Positions 43,706 through 56,580 of a stretch of 64,000 nt of DNA are shown here, piece by piece. The stretch is from the human T2T-CHM13v2.0 reference genome, Homo sapiens. Made by a program: the position numbers and the translations under genes. The stretch lies in assembly GCF_009914755.1 (NCBI RefSeq), contig NC_060933.1. One strand, given 5' to 3'. Under the pieces are notes generated by a model. It was not told the DNA's origin, made no database searches, and worked only from the letters and a program-made list of their open reading frames with translations. How positions within the stretch are numbered: position 1 is the stretch's first letter; each line of letters opens with the position of its first letter.

Positions 43706-44899
43706 CCATTCCATTCCGGAAGATTCCATTCCATTGCATTCCATTCCATTCCATTCCCCTGCACTCGCGTTGATTCCATTCCATTCCATTCCATTCCATT
43801 CCATTCCGTTCCGTTCCGTTCCATTTCATTCCATTCCATTCCATTCCATTCCGTTCCATTCCATTCCATTCCATTCCATTCTATTCGGGTTAATTCCATT
43901 CCATTCCATTCGATTGCAATCGAGTTGATTCCATTCCATTCCATTCCATTCCATTCCATTCCAATCGAGTTGATTCCATTCCATTCCATTCCATTCCATT
44001 CCACTCCATTCCAGTCCTTTCCTTTCCATTCCACTCGGGTTGATTCCATTCTATTCCTTTCCATTCCATTCCATTCCATTGCAATCGAGTTGATTCCATT
44101 GCTTTGCATTCCATTCCATTCCATTCCATTCCGGATGATTCCATTCCATTGCATTCCATTTCATTCCATTTCCCTGCACTCGGGTTGATTCCATTCCATT
44201 CCACTCCATTCCCTTCCATTCCATTCCATTCCATTGTATTCGGGTTAATTCCATTCCATGCCATTTCATTCCATTCCATTCCATTCCATTCCATTCTATT
44301 ACAATCGAGTTGATTCCATTCCATTCCATTCCACTCCATTCCATTCCATTCCAGTCCTTTCCATTCCATTCCACTCGGGTTGATTCCATTCTATTAGTTT
44401 CCATTCCATTCCATTCCCTTCCATTCCACTCTGGTTGATTCCATTCCTTTCCATTCCACTCGAATACATTCCCTCCTATTCCACTGGGAACGATTCCATT
44501 CCATTCCATTCCATTCCATTCCATTCCATTCCATTCCATTCCATTTCCTTCCATTCCATTCTATTCCGTACCATTCCATTCCATTCCATTCCTTTCCATT
44601 CCATTCCATTCCATTCCACTCTTATTGATTCAATTCCTTTCCATTCCATTCGGTTTGAAGGCATTCCATTCCATTCAATTCCATTCCATTCCATTCCATT
44701 CCATTCCATTCCATTCCATTCCATTGTACTCGGGTTGATTCCATTCCATTCCATTCCATTCTATTCCATTCCGTTGCATTCCATTCCATTACATTCGGAC
44801 TGATTCTATTCAACTCTCTTACTCTCCATTCCATTCCATTCCATTCGGGTTGTTCCATTCCATTCCATTCCATTCCACTCCATTCCATTGCACTCGTGT

Positions 44900-47800
44900 T
44901 GATTCCATTCCATTCCATTCCATACCATTCCATTCCATTCCATTCCATTCCATTCCGTTCCATTCCGTTCCATTCCATTCCATTCCATTGCAATCGAGTT
45001 GATTCCATTCCATTCCATTCAATTCCGGATGATTCCATTCCATTGCCTTCAATTCCATTCCATTCCCCTGCACTCGGGTTGATTCCATTCCATTCCATTC
45101 CATTCCATTCCATTCCATTTCATTCCATTCCATTTCGTTCCTTTCCATTCTATTCCGTACCATTCCATTCCATTCCATTCCATTCCATTCCATTCCATTC
45201 CATGCCATTCCACTCGGGTTGATTCCATTCCTTTCCATTCCATTCGAGTTGAATCCATTCCAATCCATTCCATTCCATTCGATTCAATTCCATTGCACAC
45301 GGGTTCATTCCATTCCATTCCATTCCATTCCATTCCATTTCGTTCCATTCCATTCTACTCCGTACCATTCCATTCCATTCCATTCCATTCCATTCCATTC
45401 CACTCCATGCCATTCCACTCGGGTTTATTCCATTCCTTTCCATTCCATTCGGGTTGAATCCATTCCATTCCATTCCATTCCATTCGATTCCATTACATTG
45501 CACTCGGGTTGATTCCATTCCATTCCATTCCATTCCATTCCATTCCATTCCATTTAGTTCCATTCCATTCTATTCCATACCATTCCATTCCATTCCATTC
45601 CATTCCACTCCATTCCATGCTATTCCTCTCGGGTTTATTCCATTCCTTTCCATTCCATTCGGATTGAATCCATTCCTATCCATTCAATTCCATTCCACTC
45701 GATTCCATTACATTGCACTCGTGTTGTTTCCATTCCATTCCATTCCATTCCATTTCATTCTATTCCATTCCATTCCATTCCATTCCATTCCATTCCATTC
45801 CATTCCATTCCATTCCATGCCATTCCACTCGGGTTGATTCCATTCCTTTCCATTCCATTCGAGTTGAAACCATTCCATTCCATTCCATTCCATTCCATTC
45901 CATTCCAATCCATTGCACACGGGTTCATTCCATTCCATTCCATTCCATTCCATTCCATTCCATTCCATTCCATTTCGTTCCATTCCATTCTATTCCGTAG
46001 CATTCCATTCCATTCCATTCCATTCGTTTCCATTCCATTCGGGTTGAATCCATTCCTTTCCATTCCATTCCATTCTATTCCATTCCATTGAACTCGGGTT
46101 GATTCCATTCCATTCCATGCCATTCCATTTCATTCCGTTCCATTCCATTCCATTACATTCGGATTGATTCTTTTCAATTCCCTTACACTCCATTCCATTC
46201 CATTCCATTCGGGTAGTTTCCGTTCCATTCCATTCCATTCCACTCCATTGCATTGCACTCGGGTTGATTGACTCCATTCCATTGCATTCCATTCCATTCC
46301 ATTCCATTCCGGATGAATCCATTCCATTGCATTCCATTCCATTCCATTCCCCTGCACTCGGGTTGATTCCATTCCATTCCATTCCGTTCCATTCCATTCC
46401 ATTCCATTCCATTCTGTTCAGGTTAATTCCATTCCATTCCATTCCATTCCATTCCATTCCATTCCATTCCATTCCATTCCATTCCATTCCATTGCAATCG
46501 AGTTGTTTCCATTGCATTCCATTCCATTCCATTCCATTGCATTCCATTGCATTCCATTCCCCTGCACTCAGTTTGATTCCATTCCATTCCATTCCATTCC
46601 ATTCCATTCCATTCCATTCCGGATGATTCCATTCCATTGCCTTCCATTCCACTCCATTCCCCTGCACTCGGGTTGATTCCATTCCATTCCATTCCATTCC
46701 ATTCCATTCCATTCCATTCCATTCCATTCCATTTCGTTCCATTCCACTCTATTCCATACCATTCCATTCCATTCCTTTCCATTCCAATCCATGCTGTTCC
46801 ACTCGGGTTGATTCCATTCCTTTCCATTCCATTCGAGTTGAATCCATTCCATTCCTTTCCGTTCCATTCCATTCCATTCCATTCCATTTCGTTCCATTCC
46901 ATTCTATTCCGTACCATTCCATTCCATTCCATTCCATTACATTCCATTCCATTCCGTTCCATTCCATTCCATGCCATTCCACTCGGGTTGATTCCATTGC
47001 TTTCCATTCCATTTGGGTTGAATCCATTCCATTCCATTCCATTCCATTCCATTCCATTCCATTCCATTGCACTAGGTTTGATTCCATTCCACTGCATTCC
47101 ATTCCATTCCATTCCATTCCGTTCCATTCCATTCCATTACATTCGGATTGATTGTATTCAATTCCCTTACACTCCATTTCATTCCATTCCATTCGGGTTG
47201 TTTCCATACCATTCCATTCCATTCTATTCCATTTCGTTCTATTCCATTCTATTCTGTACCATTCCATTCCATTCCATTCCATTCCATTCCATTCCATGCC
47301 ATTCCACTTGGGGTGATTCCCTTCCTTTCCATTCCATTCGGGTTGAATCCATTCCATTCCATTCCATTCCATTCCATTCCATTCCTTTCCATTCCATTGC
47401 ACACGGGTTGATTCCATTCCATTCCTTTCTGTTCCATTCCGGATGACTCCATTCCATTGCATTCCATTCCATTCCATTCCCCTGCTCTCGGGTTCATTAC
47501 ATTCCATTCCATTTACTTCCATTCCATTCCATTCTATTCCATTCTATTCCATTCTATTCGTGTTAATTCCATTCCATTCCATTCCATTCCATTCCATTCC
47601 ATTCCATTGCATTCCATTGCATTCCATTGCAATCGAGTTGATTCCATTCCATTCCATTCAATTCCGGATGATTCCATTCCATTGCCTTCAATTCCATTCC
47701 ATTCCCCTGCACTCGTTTTGATTCCATTCCATTCCATTCCATTCCATTCCATTTCATTCCATTCCATTTCGTTCCATTCCATTCTTTTCCGTTCCATTCC

Positions 47801-50800
47801 ATTCCATTCCATTCCATGACATTCCATTCCATTCCATTCCTTTCCATTCTATTCGGGTTAATTCCATTCCATTCCATTCCATTCCATTCCATTCCATTCC
47901 GTTCCATTCAATTCCATTACATTCGGATTGATTCTTTTTAATTCCCTTACACTCCATTACATTCTATTCCATTCGGGTAGTTTCCATACCATTCCATTCC
48001 ATTCCACTGCATTCTATTTCACTCGGGTTGATTGATTCCATTCCATTGCATTCCATTCCATTCCATTCCATTCGGGATGATTCCATTCCATTGCATTCCA
48101 TTGCATTCCATTCCCCTGTACTCGGGTTGATCCCATTCCATTCCATTCCATTCCATTCCATTCCATTCCGTTCCGTTCCATTCCATTCCCTTCCATTCTC
48201 TTAAGGTTAATTCCATTCCATTCCATTCAATTCCATTCCATTCCATTCCATTCCATTCCATGCCATTCCACTCGGGTTGATTCCATTCCTTTCCATTCCA
48301 TTCGAGTTGAACCCATTCCATTCCATTCCATTCCATTGCATTCCACTCGGGTTGATTCCATTCCTTTCCATTCCATTCGGGTTGAAACCATTCCATTCCA
48401 TTCCATTCCTTTCGATTCCATTCCATTTCACTCGGGTTGATCCCATTCCATTGCATTCCATTCCATTCCATTGCATTCCATTCCTTTCCATTCCATTCCA
48501 TTACATTCGTATTGATTCTATTCAATTCCCTTACTCTCCATTACATTCCATTCCTTTCGGCTTGTTTCCATTCCATTCCATTCCATTCCACTCCATTCCA
48601 TTTCAATCGGGTGATTCCATTCCATTCCATTGCATTCCATTCCATTCCATTCCATTCCGTATGATTCCATTCCATTGCATTCCATTCCATTCCATTCCCT
48701 TGCACTCGGGTGGATTCCATTCTATTCCATTCCATTCCATTCCATTCCATTCCATTCTATTCGGGTTAATTTCATTCCATTCCATTCCATTCCCTTCCAT
48801 TGCATTCCATTCCATTCCATTCCATTCCATTGAAATCGAGTTGATTCCATTCCATTCCATTCCATTCCATTCCATTCCATTCCATTCTATTCGGGTTAAT
48901 TCCATTCCATTCCATTCCATTCCCTTCCATTCCATTCCATTCCTTTACATTCCGTTCTATTAGGGTTAATTCCATTCCTTTCCATTCCATTCCATTCCAT
49001 TCCATTCCATTCCCCTGCACTCAGGTTGATTCCATTCGATTCCATTCCATTCCATTCCATTCCGTTCCTTTCCATTCCATTCCATTCTATTCGCGTTAAT
49101 TGCATTCCATTCCATTCCATTACATTCCATTGCAATCGAGTTGATTCCATTCCATTCCGTTCCATTCCATTCCATTCCATTCCATGCCATTCCACTCGGG
49201 TTGATTCCATTGCTTTCCATTCCATTTGGATTGAATCCATTCCATTCCATTCCATTCCATTCCATTCCATTCCATTCCATTCCATTCCATTGCACTAGGT
49301 TTGATTCCATTCCACTGCATTCCATTCCATTCCATTCCATTCCGTTCCATTCCATTCCATTACATTCGGATTGATTGTATTCAATTCCCTTACACTCCAT
49401 TTCATTCCATTCCATTCGGGTTGTTTCCATTCCATTCCATTCCATTCCACTCCATTCCATTGCACTCGGGATGATTCCATTCCATTCCATTCCATTCCAT
49501 TCTATTCCATTTGGTTCCATTCCATTCTATTCGGTACCATTCCATTCCATTCCATTCCATTCCATTCCATGCCATTCCACTTGGGTTGATTCCCTTCCTT
49601 TCCATTCCATTCGGGTTGAATCCATTCCATTCCATTCCATTCCATTCCATTCCATTCCATTCCATTCCATTCCATTCCTTTCCATTCCATTGCACACGGG
49701 TTGATTCCATTCCATTCCTTTCTGTTCCATTCCGGATGACTCCATTCCATTGCATTCCATTCCATTCCATTCCCCTGCACTCGGGTTCATTACATTCCAT
49801 TCCATTTACTTCCATTCCATTCCATTCCATTCCATTCCATTCTATTCGGGTTAATTCCATTCCATTCCATTCCATTCCATTCCATTCCATTCCATTCCAT
49901 TCCATTCCATTCCATTCCATTGCAAGCGAGTTGATTCCATTCCATTCCATTCAATTCCGGATGATTCCATTCCATTGCCTTAAATTCCATTCCATTCCCC
50001 TGCAGTCGGGTTGATTCCATTCCATTCCATTCCATTCCATTCCATTTCATTCCATTCCATTTGGTTCCATTCCATTCTATTCCGTACCATTCCATTCCAT
50101 TCCATTCCATTCCATTCTATTCGGGTTAATTCCATTCCATTCCATTCCATTCCATTCCATTACATTACATTCCATTCCATTGCAATCGAGTTCATTCCAT
50201 TCCATTCCATTCAATTCCGGATGATTCCATTCCATTGCCTTCAATTCCATTCCATTCCCCTGCACTCGGGTTGATTCCATTCCATTCCATTCCATTCCAT
50301 TCCATTCCATTCCATTCCATTTCATTCCATTCCATTTCGTTCCATTCCATTCTATTCCGTACCATTCCATTCCACTCCATTCCATTCCTTTCCATTCCAT
50401 TCCATTCCATGCCATTCCACTCGCGTTGATTCCATTCCCTTCCATTCCATTAGAGTTGAATCCATTCCATTCCATTCCATTCCATTCGATTCCATTCCAT
50501 TGCACACGGGTTCATTCCATTCCATTCCTTTCTGTTCCATTCCGGATGACTCCATTCCATTGCATTCCATTCCATTCCATTCCCCTGCACTCGGGTTCAT
50601 TACATTCCATTCCATTTACTTCCACTCCATTCCATTCCATTCCATTCCATTCCATTCCATTCCATTCTATTCGGGTTAATTCCATTCCATTCCATTCCAT
50701 TCCATTCCATTGCAATCGAGTTGATTCCATTCCATTCCATTCAATTCCGGATGATTCCATTCCATTGCCTTCAATTCCATTCCATTCCCCTGCAGTCGGG

Positions 50801-53800
50801 TTGATTCCATTCCATTCCATTCCATTCCATTTCATTCCATTCCATTTCGTTCCATTCCATTCTATTCCGTACCATTCCATTCCATTCCATTCCATTCCAT
50901 TCCATTCTATTCGGGTTAATTCCATTCCATTCCATTCCATTCCATTCCATTCCATTCCATTCCATTCCATTCCATTGCAATCGAGTTGATTCCATTCCAT
51001 TCCATTCAATTCCGGATTATTCCATTCCATTGCCTTCAATTCCATTCCATTCCCCTGCACTCGGGTTGATTCCATTCCATTCCATTCCAATCCATTCCAT
51101 TCCATTCCATTCCATTTCTTTCCATTCCATTTCTTTCCATTCCATTCTATTCCGTACCATTCCATTCCACTCCATTCCATTCCATTCCATTCCATTCCAT
51201 TCCATTCCATTCCATGCCATTCCACTCGCGTTGATTCCATTCCCTTGCATTCCATTAGAGTTGAATCCATTCCATTCTATTCCATTCCATTCCATTCCAT
51301 TCCATTGCACACGGGTTCATTCCATTCCATTCCATTCCATTCCCTTCCATTCCATTTCGTTACATTCCATTCTATTCCGTACCATTCCATTCCATTCCAT
51401 TCCACTCCATTCCATGCCATTCCACTCGGGTATATTCCATTCCTTTTAATTCCATTCGGGTTGAATCCATTCCATTCCATTGCATTCCATTCCATTCCAT
51501 TACATTGCACTCGGGTTGATTCCATTCCACTCCATTCCATTACATTTCATTCCATTCCATTCCATTCCATTTCATTCAATTCCATTCCATTCCATGCCAT
51601 TCCACTCGTGTTGATTCTATTCCTTTCCATTCCATTACATTTCATTCCATTCCATTCCATTCCATTTCTTTCAATTCCATTCCATTCCATGCCATTCCAC
51701 TCGTGTTGATTCCATTCCTTTCCATTCCATTCGAGTTGAACCCATTCCATTCCATTCCGTTCCATTCCATTCCATTCCATTCCATTCCACTCCATTCCAT
51801 GCCATTCCACTCGGGTATATTCCATTCCTTTTAATTCCATTCGGGTTGAATCCATTCCATTCCATTCCATTCCATTCCATTTCAATCGAGTTGATTCCAT
51901 TCCATTCCATTCCATTCCATTCAATTCCGAATGATGTCATTCCATTGCCTTCCATTCCATTCCATTTCCCTGCACTCGGGTTGATTCCATTCCATTCCAT
52001 TCCATTCCATTCCATTCCATTCCATTTCGTTCCATTCCATTCTATTCCGTACCATTCCATTCCATTCCATTCCATTCCATTCCATTCCATTCCATTCCAT
52101 TTCCTTCCATTCCATTCCATTACATTCCATTCCATTCCATTCCATTCCATTCCATTCCATTCTATTAGGGTTAATTCCATTCCATTCCATTCCATTCCAT
52201 TCCATGCCATGCCATTCCACTCGGGTTGATTCCATTCCTTTCCATTCCATTCGAGTTGAATCCATTCCATTCCATTCCATTCCATTCCATTCCATTGCAC
52301 ACGGGTTCATTCCATTCCATTCCATTCCATTCCATTTCGTTCCATTCCATTCTATTCCATACCATTCCATTCCATTCCATTCCATTAGACTCCTTTCCAT
52401 GCCATTCCACTCGGGTTTATTCCATTCCTTTCCATTCCATTCGGGTTGAATCCATTCCATTCCATTCCATTCCATTCCATTCCATTCGATTCCATTACAT
52501 TGCACTCGTGTTGTTTCCATTCCATTCCATTCCATTCCATTCCATTCCATTCCATGCCATTCCACTCGGGTTGATTCCATTCCATTCCATTCCATTCGAG
52601 TCGAACCCATTCCATTCCATTCCATTCCATTCCATTCCATTCCATTCCATTGCACACGGTTTCATTCCATTCCATTCCATTCCATTCTATTCCATTTCGT
52701 TCCATTCCATTCTATTCCGTACCATTCCATTCCATTCCATTCCATTCCACTCCATTTCATTCCATTCCATCCCATTCCACTCGGGTTTATTACATTCCTT
52801 TCCATTCCATTCGGGTTGAATCCATTCCTTTCCATTCCATTCCGTTCAATTCCATTCCATTGCACTCGGGTTGATTCCATTCCATTCCATGCCATTCCAT
52901 TTCATTCCGTTCCATTCCATTCCATTACATTCGGATTGATTCTTTTCAATTCCCTTACACTCCATTACATTCCATTCCATTCGGGTAGTTTCCATTCCAT
53001 TCGATTCCATTACACTCCATTGCATTGCACTCGGGTTGATTGATTCCATTCCATTGCATTCCATTCCATTCAATTCCATTCCGGATGATTCCATTCCATT
53101 GCATTCCATTCCATTCCATTCCCCTGCACTCGGGTTGATTCCATTCCATTCCATTCCATTCCATTCCGTTCCATTCCATTCCATTCCATTCCATTCCATT
53201 CCATTCTGTTCAGGTTAATTCCATTCCATTCCATTCCCTTCCATTCCATTCCATTCCATTCCATTCCATTCCATTCCATTGCAATCTAGTTGATTCCATT
53301 GCATTCCATTCCATTCCATTCCATTGCATTCCATTGCATTCCATTCCCCTGCACTCAGGTTGATTCCATTCCATTCCATTCCATTCCATTCCATTCTATT
53401 CGGGTTAATTCCATTCCATTCCATTCCATTCTATTCGGGTTAATTCCATTCCATTCCATTCCCTTACATTCCATAGCAATCGAGTTGATTCCATTCCATT
53501 CCATTCCATTCCATTCCATTCGATTCAAGTCCTTTCCATTCCATTCCACTCGTTTTGATTCCATTTTATTAGTTTCCATTCCATTCCATTCCCTTCCATT
53601 CCACTCTGGTTGATTCCATTCCTTTCCATTCCACTCGAATTCATTCCCTTCTATTCCACTCGGAATGATTGCATTCCATTCCATTCCATTCCATTCCATT
53701 CCATTCCATTCCATTTCGTTCCATTGCATTGTATTCCGTACCATTCCATTCCATTCCATTCCATGCCATTCCACTCGGGTTGATTCCATGGCTTTCCATT

Positions 53801-55240
53801 CCATTTGGGTTGAATCCATTCCATTCCATTCCATTCCATTCCATTCCATTCCATTCCATTCCATTCTATTCCATTGCACTATGTTTGATTCCATTCCACT
53901 GCATTCCATTCCATTCCATTCCATTCCATTCCATTCCATTCCATTCCATTCCATTCCATTACATTCGGATTGATTGTATTCAATTCCCTTACACTCCATT
54001 TCATTCCATTCCATTCAGGTTGTTTCCATTCCATTCCAATCCATTCCACTCCATTCCATTGCACTCGGGTTGATTGCATTCCATTCCATTCCATTCTATT
54101 CCATTTCCTTCCATTCCATTCTATTCGGTACCATTCCATTCCATTCCATTCCAATCCATTCCATTCCATGCCATTCCACTTGGGTTGATTCCCTTCCTTT
54201 CCATTCCATTCGGGTTGAATCCATTCCATTCCATTCCATTCCATTCCATTCCTTTCCATTCCATTGCACACGGGTTGGTTCCATTCCGTTCCTTTCCGTT
54301 CCATTCCGGATGACTCCATTCCATAGCATTCCATTCCATTCCATTCCATTCCCCTGCACTCGGGTTCATTACCTTCCATTCCATTTACTTCCATTCCATT
54401 CCATTCCATTCTATTCGGGTTAATTCCATTCCATTGCATTCCATTCAATTCCATTCCATTCCATTCCATTCCATTCCATTCCATTGCAATCGAGTTGATT
54501 CCATTCCATTCCATTCAATTCCGGATGTTTCCATTCCATTGCCTTCAATTCCATTCCATTCCCCTGCACTCGGGTTGATTCCATTCCATTTCATTCCATT
54601 CCATTCCATTTCATTCCATTCCATTTCGTTCCTTTCCATTCTATTCCGTACCATTCCATTCCATTCCATTCCATTCCATTCCATTCCATTCCATGCCATT
54701 CCACTCGGGTTGATTCCATTCCTTTCCATTCCATTCGAGTTCAATCCATTCCAATCCATTCCATTCCATTCGATTCCATTCCATTGCACACGGGTTCATT
54801 CCATTCCATTCCATTCCATTCCATTCCATTCCATTCCATTCCATTTCCTTCCATTCCATTCTATTCCGTACCATTCCATTCCATCCCATTCCATTCCATT
54901 CCACTCCATTCCATGCCATTCCACTCGGGTTTATTCCATTCCTTTCCATTCCATTCTGGTTGAATCCATTCCTTTCCATTCCATTCCATTCGATTCCATT
55001 ACATTGCACTCGGGTTGATTCCATTCCATTCCATTCCTTTACATTTCATTCCATTCCACTCCATTCCATGCCATTCCACGCGGGTTTATTCCATTCCTTT
55101 CCATTACATTCGTGTTGAATCCATTCCATTCCATTCCATTCCATTCGATTCCATTACACTGCAGTCGGGTTGATTCCATTCCATTCCATTACATTACATT
55201 TCATTCCATTCCATTCCATTCCATTCCATTCCATTCCATT
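44900..55240 (+). repeat. HSat3 sub-domain 2 (TTCAATTCCGGATG..GCCTTCAATT / GCACACGGGTTCATT / CATGCC..TTCGRGTTGAATCC / CATTTACTT module set)
   Basis: New motifs first appear at ~45020 (TCAATTCCGGATG) and ~45295 (GCACACGGG). Sub-domain 1 markers CCGGAAG, TACGGATG and TCAAGTTG are not seen in this interval. Confidence 0.8.
49680..51310 (+). repeat. ~0.8 kb tandem pair, each with ~260-bp sub-units
   Basis: TGCACACGGG..TCTGTT..CCGGATGAC at 49691/50501; TCAATTCCGG at 49951, 50211, 50741, 51006; TAGAGTTGAA at 50451/51256. Confidence 0.8.
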
Positions 55241-56580
55241 TCCATTGCAATCGAGTTGAATCCGTTGCATTTCATTCCATTCCATTCCATTCCATTCCAT
55301 TCCGGAAGATTCCATTCCATTGCATTCCATTCCATTCCATTCCCCTGCACTCGCGTTGATTCCATTCCATTCCATTCCATTCCATTCCATTCCATTCCGT
55401 TCCATTCCGTTCCATTCCGTTCCATTCCATTCCATTCCATTCCATTCCGTTCCGTTCCGTTCCATTCCATTCCATTCCATTCTATTCGGGTTAATTCCAT
55501 TCCATTGCATTCGATTGCAATCGTGTTGATTCCATTCCATTCCATTCCATTCCATTGCATTCCATTCCATTCCTTTCCATTCCATTACGGATGATTCCAT
55601 TCCATTGCATTCCATTCCATTCCATTCCCCTGTACTCGGGTTGATTCCATTCCATTGCATTCCAATCCATGCCCTTCCACTCGTGTTGATTCCATTCTTT
55701 GCATTCCATTCAAGTTGAATCCATTCCATTGCATTCCATTCCATTCGATTCCATTCGGTTGCACTCGGGTTGATTCCATTCCATTGCATTCCATTCCATT
55801 CCATTCCATTCCATTCCATTCCATTCCGTTCCTTTCCATTCCATTACATTCGGATTGATTCTATTCAATTCCCTTACACTCCATTACATTCCATTCCATT
55901 CGGGTAGTTTCCATTCCATTCCTCTCCATTCCATTGCACTCGGGTGGATTCCATTCCATTGCATTCCATTCCATTCCATTCAATTGCATTCCGTTCCATT
56001 CCATTCCATTACATTCGGATTGATTCTATTCAACTCCCTTAGTCTCCATTACATTCCATTCCATTCGGGTTGTTCCATTCCATTCCATTCCATTCCACTC
56101 CATTCCATTACACTCGGGTTTATTCCATTCCATTCCATTCAATTCCATTCCATTCCGGAAGATTCCATTCCATAGCATTCCATTCCATTCCATTCCCCTG
56201 AACTCGCGTTGATTCCATTCCATTCCATTCCATTCCGTTCCATTCCATTCCATTCTATTCCTTTCCATTCCAGTCTTTTCCATTCCATTCCACTCGGGTT
56301 GATTCCATTCTATTAGTTTCCATTCCATTCCATTCCCTTCCATTCCACTCTGGTTGATTCCATTCCTTTCCATTCCACTCGAATACATTCCCTCCTATTC
56401 CACTCGGAACGATTCCATTCCATTCCATTCCATTCCATTCCATTCCATTCCATTTCGTTCCATTCCATTCTATTCCGTATCGTTCCATTCCATTCCATTC
56501 CATTCCATTCCATTCCATTCCATTCCATTCCATTCCACTCGTGTTGATTCCATTCCTTTCCATTCCATTCGGTTTGAAGG
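52518..56580 (+). repeat. 4063-bp tandem duplication, copy 1
   Basis: Long series of identical ORF translations at exactly +4063; private motifs GAGTCGAACC, GCAATCTAGTT, CCATGGCTTT, CCACGCGGG, CGGGTGGATT present in both copies. Confidence 0.95.

Larger units (their letters stand above)
1..44900 (+). repeat. HSat3 sub-domain 1 (CCGGAAGATT / TACGGATGA / TCAAGTTGAA / TCGATTGCAATCGA module set)
   Basis: These diagnostic modules recur throughout 1-44 kb and again at 55241-56580 and 59304-64000. Right boundary approximate (+/- a few hundred bp). Confidence 0.8.
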
